From an uncultured Nitrososphaerota archaeon (GTDB taxonomy: Archaea > Thermoproteota > Nitrososphaeria > Nitrososphaerales > Nitrosopumilaceae), in NCBI GenBank assembly GCA_963701075.1, contig OY969559.1, forward strand, positions 1 through 64,000: 64,000 nt of DNA, read 5' to 3'. Every line of letters begins with the position of its first letter. Within the stretch, counting starts at the first letter, position 1. The notes under the pieces are model-generated. The model ran no database searches. It was given only the letters and a program-made list of their open reading frames with translations, and had not been told where the DNA came from. The position numbers were made by a program, and so were the translations under genes. Of the stretch, positions 8,571 through 18,131 are shown in pieces.

Positions 8571-9119
8571 ATGGTCTTACTCAAATCCGAGATCGTTTTA
8601 AAAACAGGCGACAAGGCGCCAGAGTTTAATCTACTTGGAATAGATGACAAGAAACATTCCTTGTCAGAATTCAAAGAACAGCCAACACTGGTTGTTTTCA
8701 TGTGCAATCACTGTCCATATGTCCAGGCCAAAGTTACTGCCATGAACGAAATTTATGAAAAGTTCAAGGGCAAACTAGCAATGATAGGGATAAACAGCAA
8801 CGACCCTACAAATTATCCTGATGATAGTTTTGACAGCATGAAGAAATTTGCAAAAGAAAAAGGCATAAAATTCACGTATCTAGTAGATGAGACACAGGAA
8901 GTTGCAAAAAAATACGGCGCAGTCTGCACTCCAGATCCGTTTCTCTTTGACAATGACAGAAGACTAGTTTTCCATGGCAGAATAGACAATGCAATGAAAC
9001 CAGAAGACAGCCCTACGGAAAAGACAATGATTTCCAATGTAGAAAAACTGCTTGCAGGAAAAAAGATAGAGCGAGACTTTGACCCATCCATGGGTTGTTC
9101 CATCAAGTGGAAAAGCTAG
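8571..9119 (+). CDS. Thioredoxin-fold (AhpC/TSA-like) protein
   Basis: FMCNHCPYV, AVCTPDPFLF and C-terminal SMGCSIKWK signature. Confidence 0.9.
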   Translation: MVLLKSEIVLKTGDKAPEFNLLGIDDKKHSLSEFKEQPTLVVFMCNHCPYVQAKVTAMNEIYEKFKGKLAMIGINSNDPTNYPDDSFDSMKKFAKEKGIKFTYLVDETQEVAKKYGAVCTPDPFLFDNDRRLVFHGRIDNAMKPEDSPTEKTMISNVEKLLAGKKIERDFDPSMGCSIKWKS

Positions 9120-9305
9120 TCCCAATAGATGTGGTTTGCACATTGACCGAGATGTCAATGCAGCCAAGAATATCTTGGCTAGAGGGATGCAGTTCGTCCC
9201 CGACGCAGTACAAAGTGAAGCAATGAAGCAGTTCAAAGATGTTCAAGCAGATTGCACCAAGCTTGTTGGTAAACCCCGATAAGTAATGGAACTGAACTGA
9301 AAAGC
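9118..9305 (+). pseudogene. 3' remnant of an IS200/IS605 TnpB gene with probable omega-RNA/right end
   Basis: Translates to xRCGLHIDRDVNAAKNILARG, the TnpB zinc-ribbon/RuvC-III signature. No upstream coding part is present. Confidence 0.8.
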
Positions 9306-9343
9306 CAGCAGACTTAAATGGCAGTTGAATCGGAAAAATTCTT

Positions 9344-9431
9344 GGGCCGATAGCTCAGCTTGGCTGGAGCGTTCGACTGATAAAATTATTCAGATATCGA
9401 AAGGTCGTGGGTTCGAATCCCATTCGGCCCA
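9344..9431 (+). tRNA. tRNA-Ile(GAU) with a 13-nt canonical intron (9383-9395)
   Basis: GGGCCGA..TCGGCCCA; TTCGA-CTGATA[AAATTATTCAGAT]A-TCGAA. Confidence 0.95.
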
Positions 9432-9560
9432 CTTTTGTTTTAAGCTATTTTGGATAAATATTCACGTAAGAGATCTCGATAAATAGTTGTGATTTCTATA
9501 CCATCTCGTTGCCAGGAATCAATCTACCAGCGCATAATTTTAGCAATAGGATGACAAGCC

Positions 9561-9911
9561 ATGGATTATGAAAAAATATGCAAGAAAGTAATGGAACTTG
9601 ATCCCAAGATTAGGTTTGCTGGCATCATAAATGAAAAAGGAAGATTGTTTGCAGGAGGAATGAGAAATGGGCTCAAATCTCTTGAGGATTCAAGAGACGA
9701 TGAAATGTTGTACATGGAACTGGTACTTAGGGCAAAAATGAGGCGCGAGTTTGACAAGGTATTAGGACCAGTAAAGTTTGCCATGTCATACAGGGAGAAA
9801 GTTATAATCATGAGTTTTCCTGTGAATGACAACGTTCTGTTATTGTCTACCGAGAAAGGGATTGATTTCTCAGACATTCCGTTTAAGATAATGAAAATGC
9901 TGTCTCATTGA
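9561..9911 (+). CDS. Roadblock-like thaumarchaeal protein (DUF6659-like)
   Basis: DPKIRFAGIINEKG..GGMR..MRREFD..LG...SYREKV pattern. Confidence 0.75.
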   Translation: MDYEKICKKVMELDPKIRFAGIINEKGRLFAGGMRNGLKSLEDSRDDEMLYMELVLRAKMRREFDKVLGPVKFAMSYREKVIIMSFPVNDNVLLLSTEKGIDFSDIPFKIMKMLSH

Positions 9912-10804
9912 TTCTGCGAACTTTCAAAAACGGTCTGTGACCATTGCAGTAGTGTTTCCAAGTCGTCTGAGATAAAATCTGCTGCAATCTTTGGCTTTTT
10001 TGCAATTTTGCTGCATAACGCAAGATAGAGATTCTTGCCAAATTTCTCCTTGCTTGCAGTAACTGCTTGAGAGAAGAACTTGATTGCCCCCTCTGTGGAA
10101 GAAAATATAGCAACGATCATCATTCCCTCTCTTTTGATCCAGATCTTGTTAAGAAATCTCTGCAAATCTATATCAAATAACACATCTATTGCAGAAGACA
10201 TATCCCCCAAAAGCGATACTTTCCATTCCTCAGTCTGAAATGCTGATGAGGCAGCTTGTGCAAGAAGGGAGTTTTGATAGTCAGTTGAAATAATGACTAT
10301 GTTCTTTTTTGAATTTACCTCTTTTTCTGATAATCTAATTAGGTATATTGACGACGATATTATCTCGTCAAGAAAGTTCTTTTCAGATTTTCCTATCTTT
10401 CCATCTTCATACGAGTTTGCTACAGCATCTATGGCAGGTACGATGACCTCATTTACCAGTTTAGACGGATTTGCCCCAGAGTGCAGCGATGTTCTTACAA
10501 GATTGTGTGCTTCATGACTCGCTGCAGACAGTACATATTCCAGATACCTGTTTTTTACCTGAAAAAGATCTGCGGGAAAATCTAGATGATCTACGCCTTT
10601 TTCAACAAACCACAGATTCACCATACCAATATTTTTTTGTTTGATTAGGCCTTCTGCTGCAAAAACTTTAAGATATTTTGACATTGTTACTCGGTTAACA
10701 CGAAGTTTTTTGGCTATCTCTATACCAGTAAGACCGGTTTTAGATTTACTTAGGACATCGATTAATTTTTCCTTTATTTCTTCCGGATTGTATCCTCGTG
10801 TCAC
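9905..10804 (-). CDS. HTH transcriptional regulator with B12-binding-like domains
   Basis: N-terminal wHTH (GIEIAKKLRVNRVTMSKYL), cap helices (VIVPAIDAVANSYEDG) and a Rossmann-like C-terminus. Confidence 0.75.
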   Translation of the reverse strand: MTRGYNPEEIKEKLIDVLSKSKTGLTGIEIAKKLRVNRVTMSKYLKVFAAEGLIKQKNIGMVNLWFVEKGVDHLDFPADLFQVKNRYLEYVLSAASHEAHNLVRTSLHSGANPSKLVNEVIVPAIDAVANSYEDGKIGKSEKNFLDEIISSSIYLIRLSEKEVNSKKNIVIISTDYQNSLLAQAASSAFQTEEWKVSLLGDMSSAIDVLFDIDLQRFLNKIWIKREGMMIVAIFSSTEGAIKFFSQAVTASKEKFGKNLYLALCSKIAKKPKIAADFISDDLETLLQWSQTVFESSQNQ

Positions 10805-10946
10805 TGGTTGATTCTTAATCTCAAGCTTTTAAGTATTTTTAGCATTAAGACACTGGTAAATTAGTGTGAGATTTCCTGCCCTGTTTTGATAAGAAATTGG
10901 AAGTTCTAACTATAAAGTGTAAATACTACTATATCCTGCTTAGGAT

Positions 10947-11204
10947 ATGATTAACCTAGGTACAGCAAAACTGTCTGGAATCATGCTAGTAGGCATACTT
11001 GCTATTGCAGGTACCGACTTGGCCTTTGCACAGAACGCAACATCAACAACACCACCAGCATGTGGATCAATGCCATACGCATTCGTTGCATGCAGCACTA
11101 CAACAGGTACAGCGCAAATGGAAGGATTCATCATGGTGGGAGCTGTAGTTGCTTTCTCGGTAGGATGCGGAGCAGCGGGTTTGAAATACAGATCTTACCC
11201 ATAA
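10947..11204 (+). CDS. Small secreted/membrane protein
   Basis: Signal peptide (..AFAQ), Cys pair and a C-terminal TM helix. Confidence 0.6.
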   Translation: MINLGTAKLSGIMLVGILAIAGTDLAFAQNATSTTPPACGSMPYAFVACSTTTGTAQMEGFIMVGAVVAFSVGCGAAGLKYRSYP

Positions 11205-11549
11205 CTGATACAATTCCAATGATTAAAACCAGAGTGGCGTCAGGTCTAGCGTTACAAGCCACTCGACTATTTTTTACGGAGAGAAAAACCGAATGGAGAC
11301 GATAGAATTCATGTCCCGACGGAAAACATGTTAAACTATGTCCCAGCATTTGAACAAAACCCAACTTAAGATAAATGACATGTTAGTTTCTCAGTACATC
11401 TTCTAGCTCAAAACCAAGTTTTGCAAATATATTGTAATTTGTAATGAGTAGATCTGTCACATTTGTAACCCTAGTTGACTTGAAGTTAACAATTCCGTGT
11501 TCAGAAACGTTAAATATCAGTACTTTAAAGTACGGTATAGGTACATAGT

Positions 11550-11936
11550 TTGCCAAAAGCAGGTTTCAAATCCATAACAGTTTCAGAAGAAGTCTACAAC
11601 AGATTCCACGATATCTACAAGAAGAATAGACACGAACTTGCAATGAAAGGCGTCAACAGCTTTGCAGGATACATAACATTCATGATGGAAGACTTGATGC
11701 AAAAGGATGAAACCTTTGCAAGATTTGCTCCCAAGCTAGAAAAAATATCAGCCGATGATAACAGAGTGGTGATAAAAGATAATATCAAAAACAGAATTGC
11801 AGAAGTTGCTGTTCAGAATGGAGAACTTTATTGTTTATTGTGTGAAGAGAAAGACTGTGTCCACGTTGGATTTGTATTTTCACTTTCTGAAGTATACGAA
11901 GTTCTAAATGCTAGAGGAATAAAGCACCAAAGATAA
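11550..11936 (+). CDS. Conserved thaumarchaeal protein: RHH-like N-terminus, SWIM-like Cys/His C-terminus
   Basis: MPKAGFKSITVSE and LYCLLCEEKDCVHVG. Confidence 0.75.
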   Translation: MPKAGFKSITVSEEVYNRFHDIYKKNRHELAMKGVNSFAGYITFMMEDLMQKDETFARFAPKLEKISADDNRVVIKDNIKNRIAEVAVQNGELYCLLCEEKDCVHVGFVFSLSEVYEVLNARGIKHQR

Positions 11937-11940
11937 AAGG

Positions 11941-12059
11941 TGCAGGAGGTGGGATTTGAACCCACGAACCCCTAAGAGACGGGATCACCCATTTTTATGA
12001 TCTTAAGTCCCGCGCGTCCAAAGGCCATGCCTTCTTTGGCCAGGCTCGGCGACTCCTGC
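11941..12059 (-). tRNA. tRNA-Leu(UAA) with two introns (D-arm 12016-12033; canonical 11986-12001)
   Basis: Removing the 18-nt and 16-nt inserts gives a complete Leu cloverleaf with a long variable arm and CTTAAGA loop. Confidence 0.9.
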
Positions 12060-12157
12060 GTTTTATTAGCACAAGTTTGGAGAAATTAAACGTTTTATGA
12101 AAAAAATTTTAAAAACCAAGTAAGATTAATAAGGATTCACAAGGGCGAGCATGTCAT

Positions 12158-12231
12158 GCTTCGATAGCTCAGCCTGGTAGAGCGTTACCTTGGTAAGGTA
12201 AAGGTCGCGGGATCGAATCCCGTTCGAAGCT
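12158..12231 (+). tRNA. tRNA-Thr(GGU)
   Basis: GCTTCGA..TCGAAGCT; TTACC-TTGGTAA-GGTAA. Confidence 0.95.
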
Positions 12232-12255
12232 TAATGTTTTTTGGCAGATTTTATA

Positions 12256-13587
12256 TTATTTTGGAATTGTAAAATAAAATGTTGTGCCTTCTGCTTCTTT
12301 GCTTTCAAACCAAATTTTTCCTCCAAGATTTTCTACAATTCCCTTGCAAATGACCAAACCAAATCCGCTTCCGCCATATTTTCTCTTAAAAGAGAGATTA
12401 ACTTGGTAAAATTTCTTAAAAACCAATTCTTTTCTCTTCTCAGATATCCCTATTCCGTTATCTTTGACATAAAATAAGATGGAATCTCCTTCCTCACGTC
12501 CTGCAATCTCAATCTTTCCCCCCTCTTGCGGTACAAAGTCAACTGCGTTTTGTACCAAATTGTAAAATACCTGTTTCAGGCGCGTTTTGTCGCTAGTAAG
12601 CGCATATTTTGTAGAGGAACGAGCGACAAATTCAATCTTCTTTTCGTCCATCAGGGGGGAGAAAACATCATCTATATTGTGCATAAATTCATCAACTTGC
12701 AACAGCTCCTTTTTAAATTCCATTTTGTTGCTGTTGAGTTTTTGTACGTCAATTATATCTTGTATTAGTTGTTCTAATTTGTCAGCATTGTTTTGAATCT
12801 CGTTTACTGTTTCAAGTTGTTTGACGTCTAGTTTTCCAGCTGCAGAATCCTTTAGAATATCACAGTATTTTTTTACTCGTTCTACAGGTATTTGGCATTC
12901 TTTTGAGACCATCATATAAAACTCCTCTTTTAATGCATCCATTTTCTTCAATTCATCGAGTTGGATTTTTTGCCTTTCATGATCCTCCACAATTTTGTGC
13001 GCGTGGTAAGTTTCAGAAATATCCCTTATCAGGGTATTACTTCCAATTAATCGCCCCTTGTTATCGTATATGTTATTGGCACTAAGCAAGGTTGGAAATG
13101 TACTGCCGTCTTTTCGTTTAAGCCAGACCTCCGCATTTTCAATTCTGCCACTTTGCTTCCAGCTTTCAAACGTTTTTTGCATATTTTCCCTGCTCTGTTC
13201 AGCCGTATGCTCAAAGAGAGACTTTCCAATAATGTCACTTTTTTCATTACCAAAATTCTTTACGTATATTTGGTTGCACTCAATTATTATTCCATCAGTG
13301 TTAACAGTTCGCTGCATCACAGGAGACCCTTCATAAAGATTCTTGTATTTTATCATTTCCTCAAAAGAATCATTCTTTGAAGATTTATTTCCAGATTGTT
13401 GAACAAGGATGTTTTTGCTTGGTTTCCTACTACTTTGCCAAACAATGATACCGCCAGCTGCTGCGCCCACAACACCTACCGAGAAGGCCTGACTTGCATA
13501 AGGTATCGCAGGAGCTAAGCCGTAAGCAACAGCTAACAAACCAAAAATTCCTAGCAAAAGGCCGCCGATAGAACCAAACGAGCTCAT
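12256..13587 (-). CDS. PAS-domain sensor histidine-kinase-like protein lacking the H-box His
   Basis: Two TM helices, PAS/PAC, HisKA-like helix VSKECQIP, and intact N/G1/F/G2 boxes. Confidence 0.88.
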   Translation of the reverse strand: MSSFGSIGGLLLGIFGLLAVAYGLAPAIPYASQAFSVGVVGAAAGGIIVWQSSRKPSKNILVQQSGNKSSKNDSFEEMIKYKNLYEGSPVMQRTVNTDGIIIECNQIYVKNFGNEKSDIIGKSLFEHTAEQSRENMQKTFESWKQSGRIENAEVWLKRKDGSTFPTLLSANNIYDNKGRLIGSNTLIRDISETYHAHKIVEDHERQKIQLDELKKMDALKEEFYMMVSKECQIPVERVKKYCDILKDSAAGKLDVKQLETVNEIQNNADKLEQLIQDIIDVQKLNSNKMEFKKELLQVDEFMHNIDDVFSPLMDEKKIEFVARSSTKYALTSDKTRLKQVFYNLVQNAVDFVPQEGGKIEIAGREEGDSILFYVKDNGIGISEKRKELVFKKFYQVNLSFKRKYGGSGFGLVICKGIVENLGGKIWFESKEAEGTTFYFTIPK

Positions 13588-13799
13588 ATTTTCCTTTTCT
13601 TGGCATCAAAAATTTGGCCAATAGTTGCTAAATGATCCGAGTCTAAAAGTGCAACTGGAATCAGTAGATCATGACATAATATTGAATCCTTGCCAACCCC
13701 TGACAATGGTAGTATAAGGTGAAACCACAAGATTAACTTTTCATAAGTTACTTGAAGTAAATCACTGAGCTTAGAAATCAGTCAAGTATGGATATTACA

Positions 13800-14348
13800 C
13801 TATTTACCAAATTCAAGAATCGATATAACAACATCAAGAAATTCCTGAGTTCTATTCTTCAATCCTGATAACACCTGGTTTATTTCATTTTTTGAGACTT
13901 TTGCCTCATGTATTCTTACATTTTTTGATACGTAATCCATCCCATGATCGGTGATGAATTTATTGAATTTTTCAAAAAACTGATTCCCTATAACAATCTG
14001 GGTACTGTTTTCCAGCTCTGTCACAGAGTGATATACGACTGATTTACCAAAAAGATCCGCAATGTCAGGCGGCAGGGATATCATGTTCCCGTATAGATCA
14101 TAGAACTTCCAGTCAGTTTTTCGGTAGTTTGGCAGGTTATCATAAAGTTGGTCCCTAGTCTTGTATCTAACCAGATATCCACTTCACTCAAGTTCTATCC
14201 AATAGTTCTCATCAGAAATCTGAAGCGTTTTGCATATCTGTTTGCACGTTAACAGTATGTCATGTAGGGGTTTTTTTTCCTCCAAGAGTTCCACACTTGC
14301 AGATTCGGCAAGTCGTAAGAGATCCCCTTTTTCATCGTTATTGCTCAC
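13800..14348 (-). CDS. AbiTii-like domain protein with an in-frame TGA at 14184-14186
   Basis: A GTG start at 14348 is in frame with the track ORF and gives WIELE*SGY...LPNYR, similar to the AbiTii ELxGY..LPxYR motif. Confidence 0.65.
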
Positions 14349-14405
14349 ACTTATCAAGTCTAAAACATCTCTGATTTTACTTTATCTGATTACAGTGCCC
14401 AAGAA

Positions 14406-15263
14406 TTAGTAATTTTTGATCAAAAGTTCAGTGTGGCCAGTTCTTTTCTGCGATATAGAGTTTATGAATCGATTTGCGTTTATCTCTATTACTCCATCAG
14501 AGAACTCTTCGAAGAGATCTATTATTTCAGGAGATTTCGAGTTTGACAGTAACACCTTGACCCCCTTTCTGTCAAGGGTCTTGAATTTAGCATATAGTCT
14601 TTCTTGGTCCTCATAACCAAAATCTCTGCCTGTGTAACTTGTAAAATTTGCAGTCTCGCTTACTGGCTGGTATGGCGGGTCAAGATAGACAAAGTCTCCA
14701 TTTGTAGCATTTTTGAGCGCTCTTTCAAAATCTTGACATTTAATTGAGATATCTTTTGATTGAAGGATTTCGCTTACTGCAAGAAGATTTTCTTTGTTTA
14801 CAATATTTGGATTTACGTACTTGCCAAGAGGCACATTGAATTTTCCCTTACTGTTTACCCTATACAGTCCGTTAAAACACGTCTTATTGAGAAAGACAAG
14901 TTTTGATACCTTATCAATCTGGCCTTTTGGGTTGCTCTCGCGAATCTTGTAATAGTATGAACTTGGATTCTTGAAATAGTTTGTAGAATGCAGTTCCAAG
15001 GCAGAGATTAATTCTTTTACCCTATCTCTTATTGTGACATAAGACAAGACTAGATCAGAATTCAAATCAGATACAAACCATTTGGCATCTCGGTCTTGAG
15101 AAACCAAGCTGAAAAAAACTGCGCCGCCACCCAAGAATGGTTCAAAGTATCGTTCAAACTTTGGAATGTGATTTGCGATGATAGGTAAAAGCTGTCGTTT
15201 CCCTCCAGCCCACTTTACAAAGGGCTTTGGTGTTGATGAAATTAATCTATATTCTTGCTTCAA
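14406..15263 (-). CDS. dam: Dam-family N6-adenine DNA methyltransferase
   Basis: KWAGGK, EPFLGGG, CFNGLYRVN and YLDPPY motifs. Confidence 0.93.
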   Translation of the reverse strand: MKQEYRLISSTPKPFVKWAGGKRQLLPIIANHIPKFERYFEPFLGGGAVFFSLVSQDRDAKWFVSDLNSDLVLSYVTIRDRVKELISALELHSTNYFKNPSSYYYKIRESNPKGQIDKVSKLVFLNKTCFNGLYRVNSKGKFNVPLGKYVNPNIVNKENLLAVSEILQSKDISIKCQDFERALKNATNGDFVYLDPPYQPVSETANFTSYTGRDFGYEDQERLYAKFKTLDRKGVKVLLSNSKSPEIIDLFEEFSDGVIEINANRFINSISQKRTGHTELLIKNY

Positions 15264-15398
15264 TATAGACTAATTTCGAAATTGAATTTCCTCTATGATG
15301 ATAAAAAAAGCTACACAGTGTGTGATCTTTTTTTAATCAAATGATATTGAGGGAGACCTCTAGGTCTTAATAAAATAAAGTAAAAGGAAAAGGGGGTT

Positions 15399-16049
15399 TT
15401 AGTCCCATTTAGACCAAGCTGCCATCCATCTGTAAGTCCAGGTTGTTAATTTGCAGCCTAATGCAGTCATTGTGACTGTCAAAACTGCGCCAGCACCTGC
15501 ACCTAACGCTACAGGACTATCATAGAACTTACCCACTTGGGGTTCTATAGGAGTCATGTATGGAGGCAATGTAGTCCTTGGATACTTGAATGCAGTCTCC
15601 AATGGATCATCTATTGTCAATAGATTAACCATGTTAAACATCGACATTGACATTCCACACAGCACACCTCCAACCAAGATAAGCATGTGCTTGTTTCTCT
15701 TGGTTGCCCAATACGTCAGATCCATCAGTATTGCCGATGGTATCCATATTGGTACAACGATGAAGCTGTACGGATATCCTAACGAGAACCACGCACCTTT
15801 TGCAATCCATGTATACACTGTCATTATCAGTGCATAGTAGGTTGCCGTTCCTGGTACACCAGTGAACGTAAGGTAATATGCTGCACCGACTGCGAGCATC
15901 AATGATTGTCCTAAAGTGAATATCACATAGGATGTCCATGCCCAGTCAGTATAGAACTCGTAGTCTCCAGTGTTGATTGTCAACAAGGTCGAGTTTACTG
16001 CTACCACTACTATGAATAAGTAGTGAGTACATCGTCTTAGCCAGACCAT
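15399..16049 (-). CDS. amoA: Ammonia monooxygenase subunit A
   Basis: 216 aa, MVWLRRCTHYLF...WMAAWSKWD. Confidence 0.99.
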   Translation of the reverse strand: MVWLRRCTHYLFIVVVAVNSTLLTINTGDYEFYTDWAWTSYVIFTLGQSLMLAVGAAYYLTFTGVPGTATYYALIMTVYTWIAKGAWFSLGYPYSFIVVPIWIPSAILMDLTYWATKRNKHMLILVGGVLCGMSMSMFNMVNLLTIDDPLETAFKYPRTTLPPYMTPIEPQVGKFYDSPVALGAGAGAVLTVTMTALGCKLTTWTYRWMAAWSKWD

Positions 16050-16162
16050 TAGCTACTAATGATATATGTGATGTATATAAAATTTTATGATATCTGAGAT
16101 CAGGTTACAAATAGAGCCTCGGCTGGGGACCTATTTAATAAAAGAAAGGAAAAATGGTAGTT

Positions 16163-16525
16163 CTATCCGAAGAAGAAGCAATCTGTTAGGACTGTTGCGA
16201 TAGCAATCGCGGTAATTATACCTGCGATAAGACCATTGTATGTCTTTGCCTTGGATGTGCCTTCTGTTGCTACTTTGACACAGAATAGGTATCCAATAGA
16301 CTCAATGATGGTCAACACAGTCAGTGCAAAATGTGCACTTGGCGGTGGATATGCCCACGGATAGTAGGTAACTGCAACGGCAACTCCTCCCCATGTGCCT
16401 GCCCACAAGGCAACAAACATGCCTGTGATTATGCCTATGTAGTCCTCTATACGTCTACCAATCATCTTGGAGACATCAGAACTTGAGGCGCCGCCACCTG
16501 AACCGAATCCTTTTGGTAAGGTCAT
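16163..16525 (-). CDS. amoX: Ammonia monooxygenase-associated subunit X
   Basis: MTLPKGFGSGGG N-terminus, TM helices, located between amoA and amoC. Confidence 0.9.
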   Translation of the reverse strand: MTLPKGFGSGGGASSSDVSKMIGRRIEDYIGIITGMFVALWAGTWGGVAVAVTYYPWAYPPPSAHFALTVLTIIESIGYLFCVKVATEGTSKAKTYNGLIAGIITAIAIATVLTDCFFFG

Positions 16526-16684
16526 TTGGCTTAATTAGAAAGGCATTTGCTTTTAAGTTTTTCCTGAATAAAAGCACAAATTTCTCATTTAGATCGCAAA
16601 AATGCTGCAAGTTATGGAATTTAGTCCCTTATATGACTTGACAGTATTTGCAAAAATAAGAAAAAGTGCGCGTTGTGCGCTTGT

Positions 16685-17248
16685 TTATGGGATTGATCTG
16701 CTGTACAATTTGCCCTCTAAGGCCATCTTGTACATCTCTGCAACGTATGGGTTCTCACCTGGTGTTTCTGCGCCAAGTTCGACAAGACGTGCGTAGACTC
16801 TTACTACATAGGCAAGTGCGCCCATGAATGCTACGACTACACCCATATTGAACATCCAGTGGTTTGGAACTGCAAAGATTTCCTCTACATACCAAAAGTG
16901 CCACAGCTCATTAACACCGATTGTAAACATTGTTGCTAGATAACCTAGAATAGTCATCTTAAGACCAGTGTTCATCGAGTTGTTTGGACCTCTCAGGATT
17001 GGTACCTTTCTGTCATACATTGCTACTGAAGCCCAACCTAATGGTAGAGCGATAAAGTGGCTGTATAACCACCAGTGTGCTGGTGTGAAGGCACTGTCTC
17101 TGATGGATGTTTGATGTAAAGAGCCGTCAACAAAGTTGTCGACCTCTACTGATGCAGCGACAGATCCCATTGCGATGATGATCATCCAGATCTTCTTCAG
17201 TCTCTGGATCTCAACTTCTTTTGGAATAAGTGCCGGCATTTGTGCCAT
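16685..17248 (-). CDS. amoC: Ammonia monooxygenase subunit C
   Basis: MAQMPALIPKEVEIQRL, VDGSLHQ and TPAHWWLYSH motifs. Confidence 0.99.
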   Translation of the reverse strand: MAQMPALIPKEVEIQRLKKIWMIIIAMGSVAASVEVDNFVDGSLHQTSIRDSAFTPAHWWLYSHFIALPLGWASVAMYDRKVPILRGPNNSMNTGLKMTILGYLATMFTIGVNELWHFWYVEEIFAVPNHWMFNMGVVVAFMGALAYVVRVYARLVELGAETPGENPYVAEMYKMALEGKLYSRSIP

Positions 17249-17513
17249 GTATGATGAGTTGTTAATTGTTTATTTAAAGTATGAGTTCTAGAAATTATAA
17301 TATTTATTATATTTTATTACATATTTAGTCTAAAATTATAAAATATATTTAATTTAATCAGACACTAACATAACTAATTAGACACTAAATAATCACTAAA
17401 TCCATGATTAACGTCAATGTCAATCATCATTTGCCTCACGTTTGCTTTTTATCGACTGCAAAAAGGGCAAAACATATATCATTGTTGTTTGTCATTTGGA
17501 TTAGTTAAGCGAT

Positions 17514-18080
17514 ATGGTCGATAAGAAGTTTATTGTAGCTGCAATAGGTGTGATAGTAGCACTAGGAGCAGTTGGACCATCATTTGCACAAATGTTCCAA
17601 CATGCAGAAGCTCACGGTGTACAAGCACAGCTGCAAAGCCGTTTTGTTAGGATAGACGATGAGACTTGGTCTAAACAATCTGTCCAAACAGGCGATACTC
17701 TGACAGACTCTGGCAAGTTTACGAGCCTCGTAAACAGAGATCTCAGAGGCTGGTACACTGTATACGGTGACTCTCCTAACGCAGGTAACAGATGGGAGAT
17801 TGTCGCAAGAGACCCACCAGGAAACGTAATCACGATTCCAGCAAACGGTGTGGTTCCATACAAGCTCACAATTAGAGCTCTAGAGCCAGCAGTATATCAC
17901 ATGCATACACAGCTCAACATCGCAAGCATCGGTCCAGGTCTTGGTCCAGGACAAACAATAGTCGTAACAGGCGACCCAATCGTAAAGCCAATTCCATATA
18001 CAAACATTGTATATCAATCAATAATCATCGGAATGGGTTATGCGGTTACATTTGCAACAAGACCCTGGCAAGTGATTTAA
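17514..18080 (+). CDS. amoB: Ammonia monooxygenase subunit B
   Basis: Signal peptide, then HGVQAQLQSRF, YHMHTQ and TRPWQVI. Confidence 0.99.
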   Translation: MVDKKFIVAAIGVIVALGAVGPSFAQMFQHAEAHGVQAQLQSRFVRIDDETWSKQSVQTGDTLTDSGKFTSLVNRDLRGWYTVYGDSPNAGNRWEIVARDPPGNVITIPANGVVPYKLTIRALEPAVYHMHTQLNIASIGPGLGPGQTIVVTGDPIVKPIPYTNIVYQSIIIGMGYAVTFATRPWQVI

Positions 18081-18131
18081 AAAAATCACCCCCTCTCTTT
18101 TCATTTTCTTAAGTCATCTAGTCCAAAGACT

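Noticed and set aside
11232-11275. GAGTGGC/GCCACTC hairpin followed by a T-run
   Set aside because: Most simply a terminator for the 10947-11204 gene; no evidence for a separate ncRNA.
14184-14186. In-frame TGA as selenocysteine or readthrough
   Set aside because: The position aligns to Leu rather than Cys, and it fits an AGCT miscall.
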